A stretch of 64,000 bases of DNA, taken from the NCBI GenBank assembly GCA_040954595.2, contig CM082597.2, positions 9,951,778 to 10,015,777 on the forward strand, read 5' to 3'. The notes under the pieces are model-generated. The model had not been told where the DNA came from, searched no databases, and saw only the letters and a list, made by a program, of their open reading frames with translations. Both the position numbers and the translations under genes were made by a program. This document shows, piece after piece, positions 13,201-25,200 of this stretch. How positions within the stretch are numbered: position 1 is the stretch's first letter; every line of letters starts with the position of its first letter. Source of the DNA: Balanoglossus misakiensis. Its lineage: Eukaryota; Animalia; Hemichordata.

Positions 13201-16200
13201 GTACCGTTGTCCGCGCGCTGCCGACGCGTTGGAGCGAGCTTATGCTTATACACGCCTGCACTCACGCGACCGATTTTTACAGAGGACAAAAGTTTGTGCA
13301 GTTCTGATCTCCGATGTGTCCCGTTTGTCAAGGCTTACACTTGGTGTGGTTTCAGTGAAACCATAGACCCTAGGGTCTATGGTGAAACAGACAATGCTGT
13401 TAACAATACCCTCCCTTGTTGTCTCTCCCTCGTTGTCACCTTTTCGAACCACTTTTCTTACAAAAATACTTTGTCACCTTTTATGGAGTTGAAAAGAACG
13501 CAGGTGCATCGTCCTGCTCTCCAGGTGTAGTACGTCCGTAGTATAATGGAAGCCAATACCATAGTTATTCTATGCATGTTTCGTCTCTTGAAATGTATTA
13601 AAACTGCCCTTTTTAGTTGCTTTCATTTGATAACTATGCGATCGTCAATAAATGGAAATTAAACCCAAATACGTGTACCAAAAAACGTGCAGGAAGGATT
13701 TAAAACGGTACGTTTATTATTATCAGCGGCAGTTAGAACAACTTTGTATAGGCCTTACGGTTTGTTCATAAACGTCGACATGCATGGCATCGTGGACATT
13801 GCAGGGTCTATGTCTGCACGCATCGACAAATACAATACACGTAGAGCATTGCCTTTGAAAGAAACTTATCCCCGTCGATTTTCCGAACATGTTTTTAAAA
13901 TCATGAACTTGACATTTCGCCATGTCAGATCCGCGCTAAATGTGTCTGTTTATTGGAAATGACACATCGAACGTGTAAGAGCGCTGCGCGTCGACTGCAA
14001 CGCAAGTTGCTGACGTCACTGTAGTATTTTCAACTCGCGTCTTCTGCTTGCGCAGGAAGTGAAAGTGAATTAACCCATCGGAACGTTGCCGTTTTTGACA
14101 CCCGGTTTGTACTTTGAAGCCCAAAATTGTGGGTGTCGTTCCACTTTAAACCCCGGTGCGGGGTATAAAAGACCCCCAAATCAGTGGCGAATCTTAATGC
14201 TGTTTGACGGACAACAGACAACACCAACGATCTTGGCTCTATGAAAATCGGCCAAAAAGGTCCAAGCATAAAGAATTACACCACACAATGACAGTAGTTG
14301 GCTTTATAAACACACACAACATAAAGTTATCGACGAAAAAGTACTCAAGCTTTTGAAACAATGATGATTTTGGGAGAAATCTGGTTTCAGTACTTTTCAG
14401 AAGCGTCCCTGGGAAACAATAACCACGCCATTCAAACAGCTGTCAATCGCGTGGAGGTGTAAAGTGTTCAATTATTTTCTATGTACATGAGATCAATTAC
14501 ACAGTCATTATGCACGACGACCACTCCCAAATAAACAACTATACAAACACACGTTAATCCGAATCCCCGGTCTTTCCGCACCGGGGTTTAAGTTAGTGTC
14601 TAGCCTTCAGAAAACTCCTTTGATCCATCAAACTCATAGTCTGTAGTCGAACAGGCAAACAGGGCCACGGACAGCCTCTAAGCTCTCATTCTGCACATAT
14701 CCAAGCATCATCCCATCTAATTGGATGCTTGCTACAGTAGTATGCGAATGTGTGATACCCACCTGGGCCAAGGACTAATTCCTGCCAAGAATGTCCTGAG
14801 GCAATCGAACCAATCAGGCTTTCCCACATTCCCACCAGAAATATTAATCCGGCATGGTAATTAGCGCTATCATGCCATGTGCAATTATCGGCGAAACATT
14901 TAAAGAATTTGCATGTCTGTCCGCAGGCGTTCTCATGTCCCTCCAAGCTACATGTACACAACGCCAACATCGGTCGACATCTAACCCTTTATATTCATTA
15001 ACAGTCAACATATCAACGAAATGACGACTAGCTGAGTTGGTAATGTGCCACCAATATGTACAAAGACAATCTATTCAAGTCAGTTAATACCACCCATGAT
15101 TTAGAAAGCATGAATGCCAAGACGTTGATTTTCGGTTTGGGCAATAGGCACAAATTGGCAGTATGAGCCAAGATGGTTCCAGAATGTACTGCACTAAAAA
15201 CATATAAAAGAATGCCAAACTATGTTAGCCCTCCAAAGGTTCAACAAGCCATGCTGTTAAAAGACAATATCTCTCTCTCGCTGCCCTTTTTCCATTAACT
15301 ATGTTTGATACAAGACACTGTTTATATTAATAACCAGTGTCTTGTATCAAACATAGGCCAATTAGGATAATGGAAAAAGGACAGCGAGGGAGAGACTTTG
15401 TCCCTTTAACACATTGCACTTATAACGCTACCCTGCTACCCAGCCAAGTATGCTGTAACGGACAAAAAAATAAAAATTGGTCCCACAGGATAGGCTAGGA
15501 CAGGTGGAATGTGCCTCTATGCAGTTGAAACCTCCCTTTCATCGCAGATACACCCTTTAGAATCACCACGTAGTGCAAAATGTTTTCAAAATGCCTTGAA
15601 AGTCCAATACGTTGTTGTTACTTGCTAAAGTGTAACTTCTGCCCACAGCAGAAATCAGACATTCTGCCACGTACTATACAAGAAGAGGGTTAATTTATTT
15701 AAATTTTCTCTGTGCTGGCAAGTCTATTGGATTCACATTCTGTGGAATTATATTTATCAGATCAGAAAGTATTATAGCTTGCCCTCCATATTGCATGCAC
15801 ATCATTGCTTCCAATGGACTTTTCGTTATCTATATTTTCAGAATATTCGGTAAATGTAATTTGACAGAGGTGACCCTGAAAGGTGTAGGTGATGCACTCA
15901 GTAAGAATCAAGACTGTGAATCAAAAGGTGTCAAAGCTCACTTCAAGTTGGATGAAAGTGGTTTACTGAATCTAGACAAGGTAAAGTATTGAATACTGAC
16001 AAGTCAACTTTAATACTGGGTTCACATCTTGGCCCATGGCTGGCCCAAACTAATCCTGATGAATGTGAGAAGATTAATAGAATCTCACACTCCCAAGGAC
16101 CTGGGATCATATTTCTCACACGAGTCGGGGATTTTCTGTCCCACACGAGCCGCAGGCGAGTGTGGGACAGAATATCCCCGACGAGTGTGAGAAATATGAT

Positions 16201-19200
16201 CCCAGGTCCTTGGTGTGTGAGATTATTTTTCTCACACGGCCACAAATTAGCCAAATTCTTTAAAAACATTGAATAAATGACTCTGGAACTGTCGTCTGGG
16301 GGCACGTTGTAGTTCTGTGCCTGTAATACACATCGCGCCATTGGATAACATTTAGCGCGCGTAGCGAAAGAACGCTTTGTCAACCAATCAGCGCTTGCGT
16401 CATATACAGCTTTCGATTCAGTGAGAGTGTGAGAACAATTTGTTCTCACACTCTGTTCTCACACTCCCAGAGTGCCAGGAGTGTGAGAAAAGATATTCTC
16501 ACACTCCTGGCACACTGGGAGTGTGAGAACAGAGAGAACAAATTGTTCTCACACTCTCACTGAATCGAAAGCTGTATATGACTCGAGCGCTGATTGGTTG
16601 AAAAAGCCTTCATTTGCAAACGCGCGCTAAATGTATTGTTATCCAATGGCGCGATGTGTATTACAGGGACAGAGACTACAACATGCCCAGACGACAGTTA
16701 CAGAGTCATTTATTCAATGTTTTTAACGAATTTGGCTAATTTGTGACCGTGTGAGAAAAATAATCTCACACACCAAGGACCTGGGATCATATTTCTCACA
16801 CTCGTCGGGGATTTTCTGTCCCACACTCGCCTGCGGCTCGTGTGGGACAGAAAATCCCCAACTCGTGTGAGAAATATGATCCCAGGTCCTTGGGAGTGTG
16901 AGATTCTATTAATCCTTAGTGCGTGTTCACATTGTGCTTGGCTTAGTCCTGGCCTACATCGATAGGCAGCGTCTCCCCAACCTTTGACCTTATATGGGTC
17001 AAGAAGACTGCTTTGGACAACAGAACCATGTTCGTCCTCTTCTGGTTGTTTTTACGATTTTTGCGATTTTGACGGGACAATTCAACCCATCTTTTAAACA
17101 AGGTATCTGGTATACAAAAGTTAACTGGTGATCAGCCTCCAAGGCGAAGCAGCGTGAGGAAATTTGGCTTTCAAGAAGACCCTTGGTCTTTCTTACAACA
17201 ATGGCCACAAATTAGCTCTGCACAGCAGGGCTGTGTGTCTTACGGCAATAAGACACACAGCCCTGCCACGCAGAGCTAGCCGCAAATGTTCTATGGGTGA
17301 ATACGGTCAATCGAAGAGTATGGACGCAGTTTCGCAGTCGTAATTGGTGGGGGGATGTTGTTCAACTAAGACCTGGGTCGTACAAAACGTGTCCAGGCCG
17401 AGACCACCTCTTTCAACTGGGCCAGACCCATTCACACCTGTTTTTTGCTTGGTCATGAACCTGGCTAGGATGATGGCCTACCCTTTTGAGGTCCCATTTT
17501 GGTATGTATATATGCCATGGGACCTAAAGGAATCAGTTGCGTCTGTATGTATGTATGTATCATGTATGGATGTATGTCAGTATGGTCCACATCAAAAACT
17601 TGGAAACCGCTTGAAATTCAGTGTGCAAATGCAAGCTGGGATGTAGATGGGAGTTGTTCAAATGAAGTTGTCATTACCAAAACTATGCAAATTAAGTGGA
17701 CAAATGTGAAATTGGTCAAAACTGAGAAACTCAACAACTACAGGTCAGGTTGTTTTGAAAATTGGTATGCTTGTATCTTATGTCAACTTCATACAGTCCT
17801 GTATGTTTTGAGTTAATATTATGAGTTTTCTATTTTTAATGCATTTTTTGTCTTTTTCCACACTATTGGTAAAAAATCTTCTTTTCTGAAAGTGATCTGT
17901 CGTCTTCTTTGAAATTTAGTATAAAGCTTATATAGGTGATCTGAGTTGAAAAATGTGCATATTTATAATTTTGTAGCAATTTTGCCTTTTTTGGTCAAAA
18001 ATTGTTGTCTCTAAAACCGCTTGTCTGATTGCTTTGAAATTTGGTAGGCATGTTTTTAGTTGATCTGAGTTAACACAGTTTTGTTCAAATTGTTGAAAAA
18101 TGAGCCTATTTATAATTTTGTAGCAATTTTGCCTTTTTTGGTCAAAAATTATTTTGTCTAAAACCGCTTCTCTAAAATAGCTTGTCTGATTGCTTTGAAA
18201 TTTGGTAGGCATGTTCCAAAATTTTTTTTGAAATTTGCATATTTGTGTTATTGGGGAAATGTTTGCAATTTTTCATAAAAAATTATCTTCTTTCCAAATG
18301 CATGTCAGATTGTTTTGAGCTTTTTGAGGCATGTTCCTTGTAGTGATTGAAGTAAGATATTTTACAATTTTGGTGATATTTGCATACATGTATTTGTGTT
18401 TTTACCAAAATGTTGATTTCTCTAAAAATGCTTATGGGATTTCTTTGAAATTTGGTAGGAATATTTCTACGGGTAACTCAAGTTTTTGTCTGATTCTGTT
18501 GGAATTTGCGATGCAAGTTAATAAGGCATGTAATATGCTCCTTTTGTGATAGTGTTTGTGAAATTATCTTTGATTTTCTCCCAAACCCCTTGTCCACTTG
18601 TTTTGAAAGTTACCCGATACAATGAGTTGATTACCCCACACTGAGACTCACTGTTTACACTACATGGTGATGTTTATAGATCTTAAATAGGCCAGCTGTT
18701 ACAGAGACCACTAGCTTTTTTTATCATAAACTAGTGGTAGATCAACGAATGGCTCTGTTTGTCTGTCTGTCCCAGGACTGATTGAAAGAAGTTGCTTGTC
18801 ATACTTATATGTGTTTTTACAGACAGTTTTTGGTGAAAAATCAGTTCTAGCACAGCTTATAAGATTGCTATGACACTTGATTGGGCATAGTTAAAGGGAC
18901 AAAGTCTCTCTCACGCTGCCCTTTTTTAATGAATTATGTTTGATACAAGACACTGTTTATGTTATTCTACATGTGGATATGTATTGAATCATCGTTCGAC
19001 CACAAACAACTTCCATCCTGTTTGTAGGATATGAGAGTAAAAATCTCGCCAAAATGAATAAATGGTAGAGACCGATTATTCATTTCGGCAAGTTTTTCAC
19101 TCTCGTGTCTACATGTGGGATGGAAGTTGTGTGTGGTCAAACCACGGTTACTAGAAGAAGACGGTTAGGAAACTATTTTTTCTCCATTGTTAGATGCTCG

Positions 19201-22200
19201 CCTCGGTAAACACTTAGTGTAAACGAAAGATATCAGGTGCTAACGAGCCTGGCCATACGAATAAACAGACAGAATAACTGACCGCTCGGTCAAAATGACG
19301 TCATTACCCCTACAATCCAAAGCAAACCATACTCATGTTTATGGAATTGCTTGCACGCACAGTACGTATACCACCAGATTTGAGGAAAACAGAACAGAGA
19401 GTGGATAATTTATAAAGTCACAGCACATTTATGACAATTTTGAACTTTCAAGGACATGATGAAGCCATACATTCTTTGTCTTGACTGTGCCCTAGAGATT
19501 CGATGCGAACCAAAACAAACAAGATGGCCGCCAAAGGCTATATCGATAATGTTAACGACTGTATCGAAATGGGTATGCAATCTCAACGAAATATTCCAAT
19601 TGGAATAAACGAAATAGCCCATGCAATACAAAAAGGTGTAAAATATCTAAATATATTTAAAAAAAACAGAAATGCGACCATCAGGGTTGAATTCTAGGGG
19701 TTAAAAATTCGACGCTATTTGAATCCGGACTTTTAGTTAACCACCCAAGAAACAATGGTAGAGTGTCGCAAGCCCAACAGACTATGACCGTGCACTCCAT
19801 AAGCCTATATGGAACTCGTACAAAAAAGTGGCGCTGTACTCTGACGAAAAAGGGCAGATGAAGGGGTTCAAAAATTAGCTACGTTCCCCAATACAACCCC
19901 ACATAGCGGTTTAGACATGTACTCTCCTAGCTAACACCTCGTTCACACCTTCCGAACAATAGAGTTTCCTAACCGTCTTCTTCTAGTAACCGTGGTCAAA
20001 CATTAATTCACTATATATCCACATTTAGAATAACATAAACGGTGTCTTGTATCAAACATAACTTACTACCGTTGTCATTTTAGCACCCCGAAACACTGAT
20101 AAGAACTCCAATATAATTAGCCAGAGTAAACTGAGATTGCTATGCTGAAGTCGGCATATGATTACATTTGTAATGATCATTATAACTGATTACATAGCTC
20201 TGTATCAACATGTACCACAGGGGGCATCCTGCTTCAAAACTGACACTGTGTAAAATCTCTTTACAAATGTGTACACATGTGTTTTAGACATGTTCGAAGC
20301 AGGACACCCCCAGAGTGTGTTGATACAGAACTGCTCTAATCAGTTCTAATGATCAAAACAAACGTAACCAGATGCTGACTTCAGCATAAAAATCTCAGTT
20401 TACTCTGGCTAATTATATTGGAGTTCTTATCAGTGTTTCGGGTCGCTAAAATGACAATGGTAGTATGAAAAAAAGGTCAGCGAGAGAGAGACTTTCTCCC
20501 TTTAATTGTTTTAACCCTCAAAGCGCCGCGTCGATGTATAGATCGACAGGTACTTCCACATTGTCTGGCCATGTCGATGTATACATCGACACCCTACAGC
20601 TGTCAATCACATGAAAATAGGCGAGGCATATGTGTAGTTCGTGCCATATATGGTAAAAATAGGCTAGTTATACTTTGCGAAACAGCGAAACGAAACAGCG
20701 AAACGATGAAACCATTATTAAAATAGGGGCCAGTCATCAAGACGGTGGCGTATTATTATTTTAAAAGTTTCCAAATAAGTTCCTGGTCTGCGGCCTGGTA
20801 CTAGTGGTTGCGCGCGAAAAAAGAATCCCGCCCCAAAAGGTCAATGTACGAGTATATTCACAGGGCTAAGGATTAGTTGAAACAAAGCAGTAGTGTCCGT
20901 AAGCTTTCGAGGGTCAAACACTGATAGGGGGTAAGAGTAGTAGTTATATATAGAAACACATGTAACTCACACAACACAGTATCATTGTCGAAATTTCTTT
21001 ATTATCTTAATTGCAATTCATGCCTCCCCGCCTTGTGGTATTTAAGGAAATAGTGTCAGTTGCTGCCGCATTTTGAGGTTTCGATCTTTTGTGGTTTCGT
21101 TGTGCGCGCGCGTATATTCACTGTGTATATGCACCCTGATATGTAGCAGTTTGGCATGAATCGTTTGCGCGCACACGACGTCGACTCTACCACTACATAG
21201 TACCAGGCCGCAGACCAGGAACTGGCGACCCGCCGTTGTTTCCAACGCCAAATTCTAATGTTGAATTTCCGAGAAAACAATTTATCTGACCTGTAGTTTT
21301 CTTGGCTCGCTTACGTTTTAATTTGGAAATTTAAAAAAAAATCATACGCCACCGTCTTGATGACTGGCCCCTATTTTAATAATGGTTTCGTCGTTTCGCT
21401 GTTTCGTTGTTTCGCAAAGTATAACTAGCCTAAAAATAATATAGAATGAAGTGGTCAAGAAGCACCAACTCTTGGACACAATGTTCTTCAATGCAAACTA
21501 ATTTTATTTCCGACGTTTCGTGGGATTAATCCCACTTCATCAGGGTAAAAACTGAAATAAACGAGACAAAGCGTAAAAGTAACAAATAAATGATATAAAA
21601 ATGGTGTAAAATAAGAGGTTTAAACTAAAATACGCCCAAAATGAATAGGAGGTAAAGTAACACGTACTCACTTGCCGAGAGCCAAAGTGGAACTGACAGA
21701 GGTTTTGAATGTATGGTAGGTGTTACGTAAGACTGACCAGTTGGGGTGATTTACATAAAATGCGGGAAAATTATGATGTGTAAATTACCTAGTGACTAAA
21801 AATAGCTGGAGTGTATACAGAAAGCCAAGCTGGGAGGGACTGTTGTAACAAAAACTTAAAATAGTAAAAAATGGAATAAAAAGAACGCCTACTAAAACAG
21901 CTCAAAATAAGATAAAATATCGAAAGATGCGTTCAACGGGTTTTTACAAGATTGCAGGTATGGGTGACTCTCTATTGAGTCCCCTAGGATACATAGTGTC
22001 CAATGAAAAAATCCACTTTGTTTCTGTAATGTCCCTGATGTGTTTATCATCTTTACACAACGATTCCAAGATGACCACTTTCATGTTTTTAACAGCGTGG
22101 TTGGGTTGATTAAAATGTTGGCTCACAAATAGGGCTGGATTATCAGGGTCGTTGTTTTTACATTTTATCATACTTCTGTGTCCAGCCATTCTGAATCTAA

Positions 22201-25200
22201 GTTTGTTTTTGGTTTGACCGACATATTGACAACAACAAATATCACAAAAAATACAGTAAACAACATTTTCTGTATTACAGTCGAAATGTCCATGTAATTT
22301 GAAGGTTTTACCATTAGTGTGACTAGTAATTGTTTTTGTGGAAACCATTTGTGAACACATGATGCGGCATTTGCTGTCCTTGCAGGGTCCTGAACCTTTT
22401 TCAGTCGTAATGTGTTCCTTTAGTTTGTGTCTTACAATCAGCTGACTCAAATTCGCACATACTCTTTCCGCGATGAGTGGAGGCGTGGGTGAAACAGTTC
22501 GCATTCTCTGTGAAAGATGGAGAATTCCATGATGTTTTTTCGCGATCAAATTCGATCGATTTCAGCCTGGTCTTTTAGCCTTCCGAAACGAGAGGTGCAT
22601 ACTACTTTAAAGAATCAAGAGGCACTGAGGCAACTCGCCATTATCCTACGCTCATTGCTCAGTCAAATTGTTTACCTCTTTCGATATTAACATAGCAGCA
22701 GAAGGATGATGTCTTCATCAAACTGCTAGAGTGCTCAGTAGATGAACTAGAGCTGTATAATAGAATGTACAGAGTTGCTTTGTTTGATAAGAACATATTG
22801 CTACTCGGAGTTTCATGCATCTCACAATGCAGTCATCAGGCTACTGCCAAATTCGCAACATATACATTCCGAGATTGTTTCAAATACAGTACAATTATTG
22901 TGCGCACTATATTAAACTCAGAAAGCGCATTCTTAATAAACAGAGCTAGTCAGGAAGAATTTCCTTGAGTGTCTGCACGACTACAAGAGTTCGTTTTGTT
23001 TGTTCAGTGTGGCCATATTTGGTCTACATGGGATCAGTCCGGGTAATGTCTCAGGGTGGAATAGTAGGGATTGACCAACTAAATGTCGTATATCTAATAA
23101 GGGTCAAAGTTTCACGTTCGTTCGCTGATTTCCTCAAGTGTGTTGGTTTGATCGAGATTTGCATTCCTCAAACGAAATCGCGCTAACCGGAAGTGTTTAG
23201 TTTTGTGAAACTTCAGGGAGGAAAGCTTATCAGGCATGCCATCGTACAAAATGATGACCACAGTTAATTTTAATTACATTATGACGGACAATAGAAAAAA
23301 TACATTGAGGACTTCGGGGTCGTTTCATGGCCATGCATGGAGTAGCCCAGGCCGTGTGTAGCATACAGGTCTGTGTGTTTTCGCGGCGTTACACAGCCTC
23401 CATTTCCATTAGGAGAAGTTAATCGCATCGTATTTGGAGTCGGTTAGGAGGTAGAAGGAGACGGGCAAAGGATTTTGCTTCGATAAAATCAAATTTCAGC
23501 CGACAAAGCTGCGTGCCGCAGAGGCATCGGTTTTGTCTATGGACCTTTGCAGGGCGGGCCGTGCAAGGCTGTGCATGTCTGGTGGAGGCAATGTAACGCT
23601 GCGAACACACAGACCTGTACGCAGGGCTTATGCACAAAGATGCTTGATTTTTTCAAGACACAATAATGTAGCCAAGGGATTTTGGCATTAAGTCCATGAA
23701 GTGAAATAAAACTCTGAGTAAAACTTAGCATTAAGAGAAGTGGAAATGGGTTGACAGAGCTCCTCAGAACTAAAACTATCGCAAGTGTCGAAGCAGGCCG
23801 ACTACACATAAACAAAACAGTTGAGTGCCACCATTGACAACTGAAACAATTGCTAGTATGCATTATGCATTGATATAAAAAAAAACGTGTTAAATCTCAG
23901 ACTCCAAAATCCTTCTTGTAAAATCTCATTTTTTGGTATCATACATGACAGGCAAAGTTGAAAAAATTGTCAGTCTTATTCACTTACAGCTCATGTTACT
24001 CCCCATTTTCTCAGTGACAGACCATCATGGCCAAGTTTCTCAAAGTGACTAGTGGTATAAATACTCTGATAAAAATATGTTTTGATGTTACTAATCTTAT
24101 AGTTTTGCTATGATATTTTATTTTCTTGGACACTTTAAATTATTTACATTTCCTACAATTAGAGCTTGATAACATGTTTCATTGTTTGCGTATTATATCA
24201 TAATCATTGAATGATAATATCCATCCGTGATCTCATTTAAATGGACCAATCTAAGTTTAATCTAAGTTTAACAGAAAAAATCATTAAAATGATGTAAAAA
24301 TAGCAGCTTTGAAGGATTTAATGCAACTTGCATGAATTTAGTGAAGATGAGAAAGGTGGATTTGTTTCAAATCAGTTTTACCAGTTCATGTTTGGTATGC
24401 ATGCATCTATACACTATGATGCCACCTCTCATCAAGTGTCTGTTTTTAAAATAAAAATTGACAGGTGGAGTCTGTGTTTGAACAGTTGAAACCAGAGAAT
24501 GAAACTGAAGAAAAAGAGGAACAGTCCACACTTGCAAGTAAGTAAAAGATCATTGATAATTTTTCTCCAATAGGTGACCACATGAATGTAATGAGTACTC
24601 TTTTATGGCTGACACATTGATGTTCATTTACTGACTTGGTAATACCATGCCTGAGTAAATTATTGATCCATGATTATTTTATATTTCACATACTTTAGAG
24701 CTTGGAAGTACAATAAGTAATTTTTTCAGTCCATCCCAAGATGAAAGAGAAACAGAGAGTTTAGTAGAGGACAATATAGAAGAGGAAAGCCACAAAGAAG
24801 ATAAGGTGAGACAAGCCCCTACGTTTCAAAAGAACCACTGCACAAACCTGACCACAGCCGCACATTTCAAACCAGGCAAGCGAACTGCTAACTTCCGGTG
24901 TCTGGGCAACACCTTTGATGTGCCTTGTGTTTTGCACAATATTCGACTTCGAGGAGACAGACCTATAATACTTCCTAATGTGGTTCTGTTTCTTTGTCAT
25001 TTTTGTCAGTCCAACCACGAGATCGTAAACTGCTTGGATTAGGTCGCGTCGAGGGGGATGCGGCCGCAGCATTAGTCACTGTGTGTTGTAAACAAACATG
25101 GTAAATGCGTTCGGCACAGCAACACACTCGCTCTACCCACAGTCACTGTGCTATACCGTACTGTCAATCTTTTCCATGTCAGTTTCACGCTCGCACGTTA

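Larger units (their letters stand above)
18895..20501. mobile_element. Kolobok-like AGGGACAAAG MITE split by two nested insertions
   Basis: TTAA at 18891-18894 and 20502-20505; host sequence resumes after each insert. Confidence 0.85.
20515..24317. mobile_element. Possible old piggyBac-like host element (TTAA CCCTCAAAGCG ... GCTTTGAAGGAT TTAA)
   Basis: Short imperfect TIRs with TTAA; would enclose the 20662 MITE and the Penelope fragment. Confidence 0.35.

Noticed and set aside
15943-16449. 168-aa and 95-aa ORFs containing QGPGIIFLT repeats
   Set aside because: They arise from the nested palindrome and have no protein-like features.
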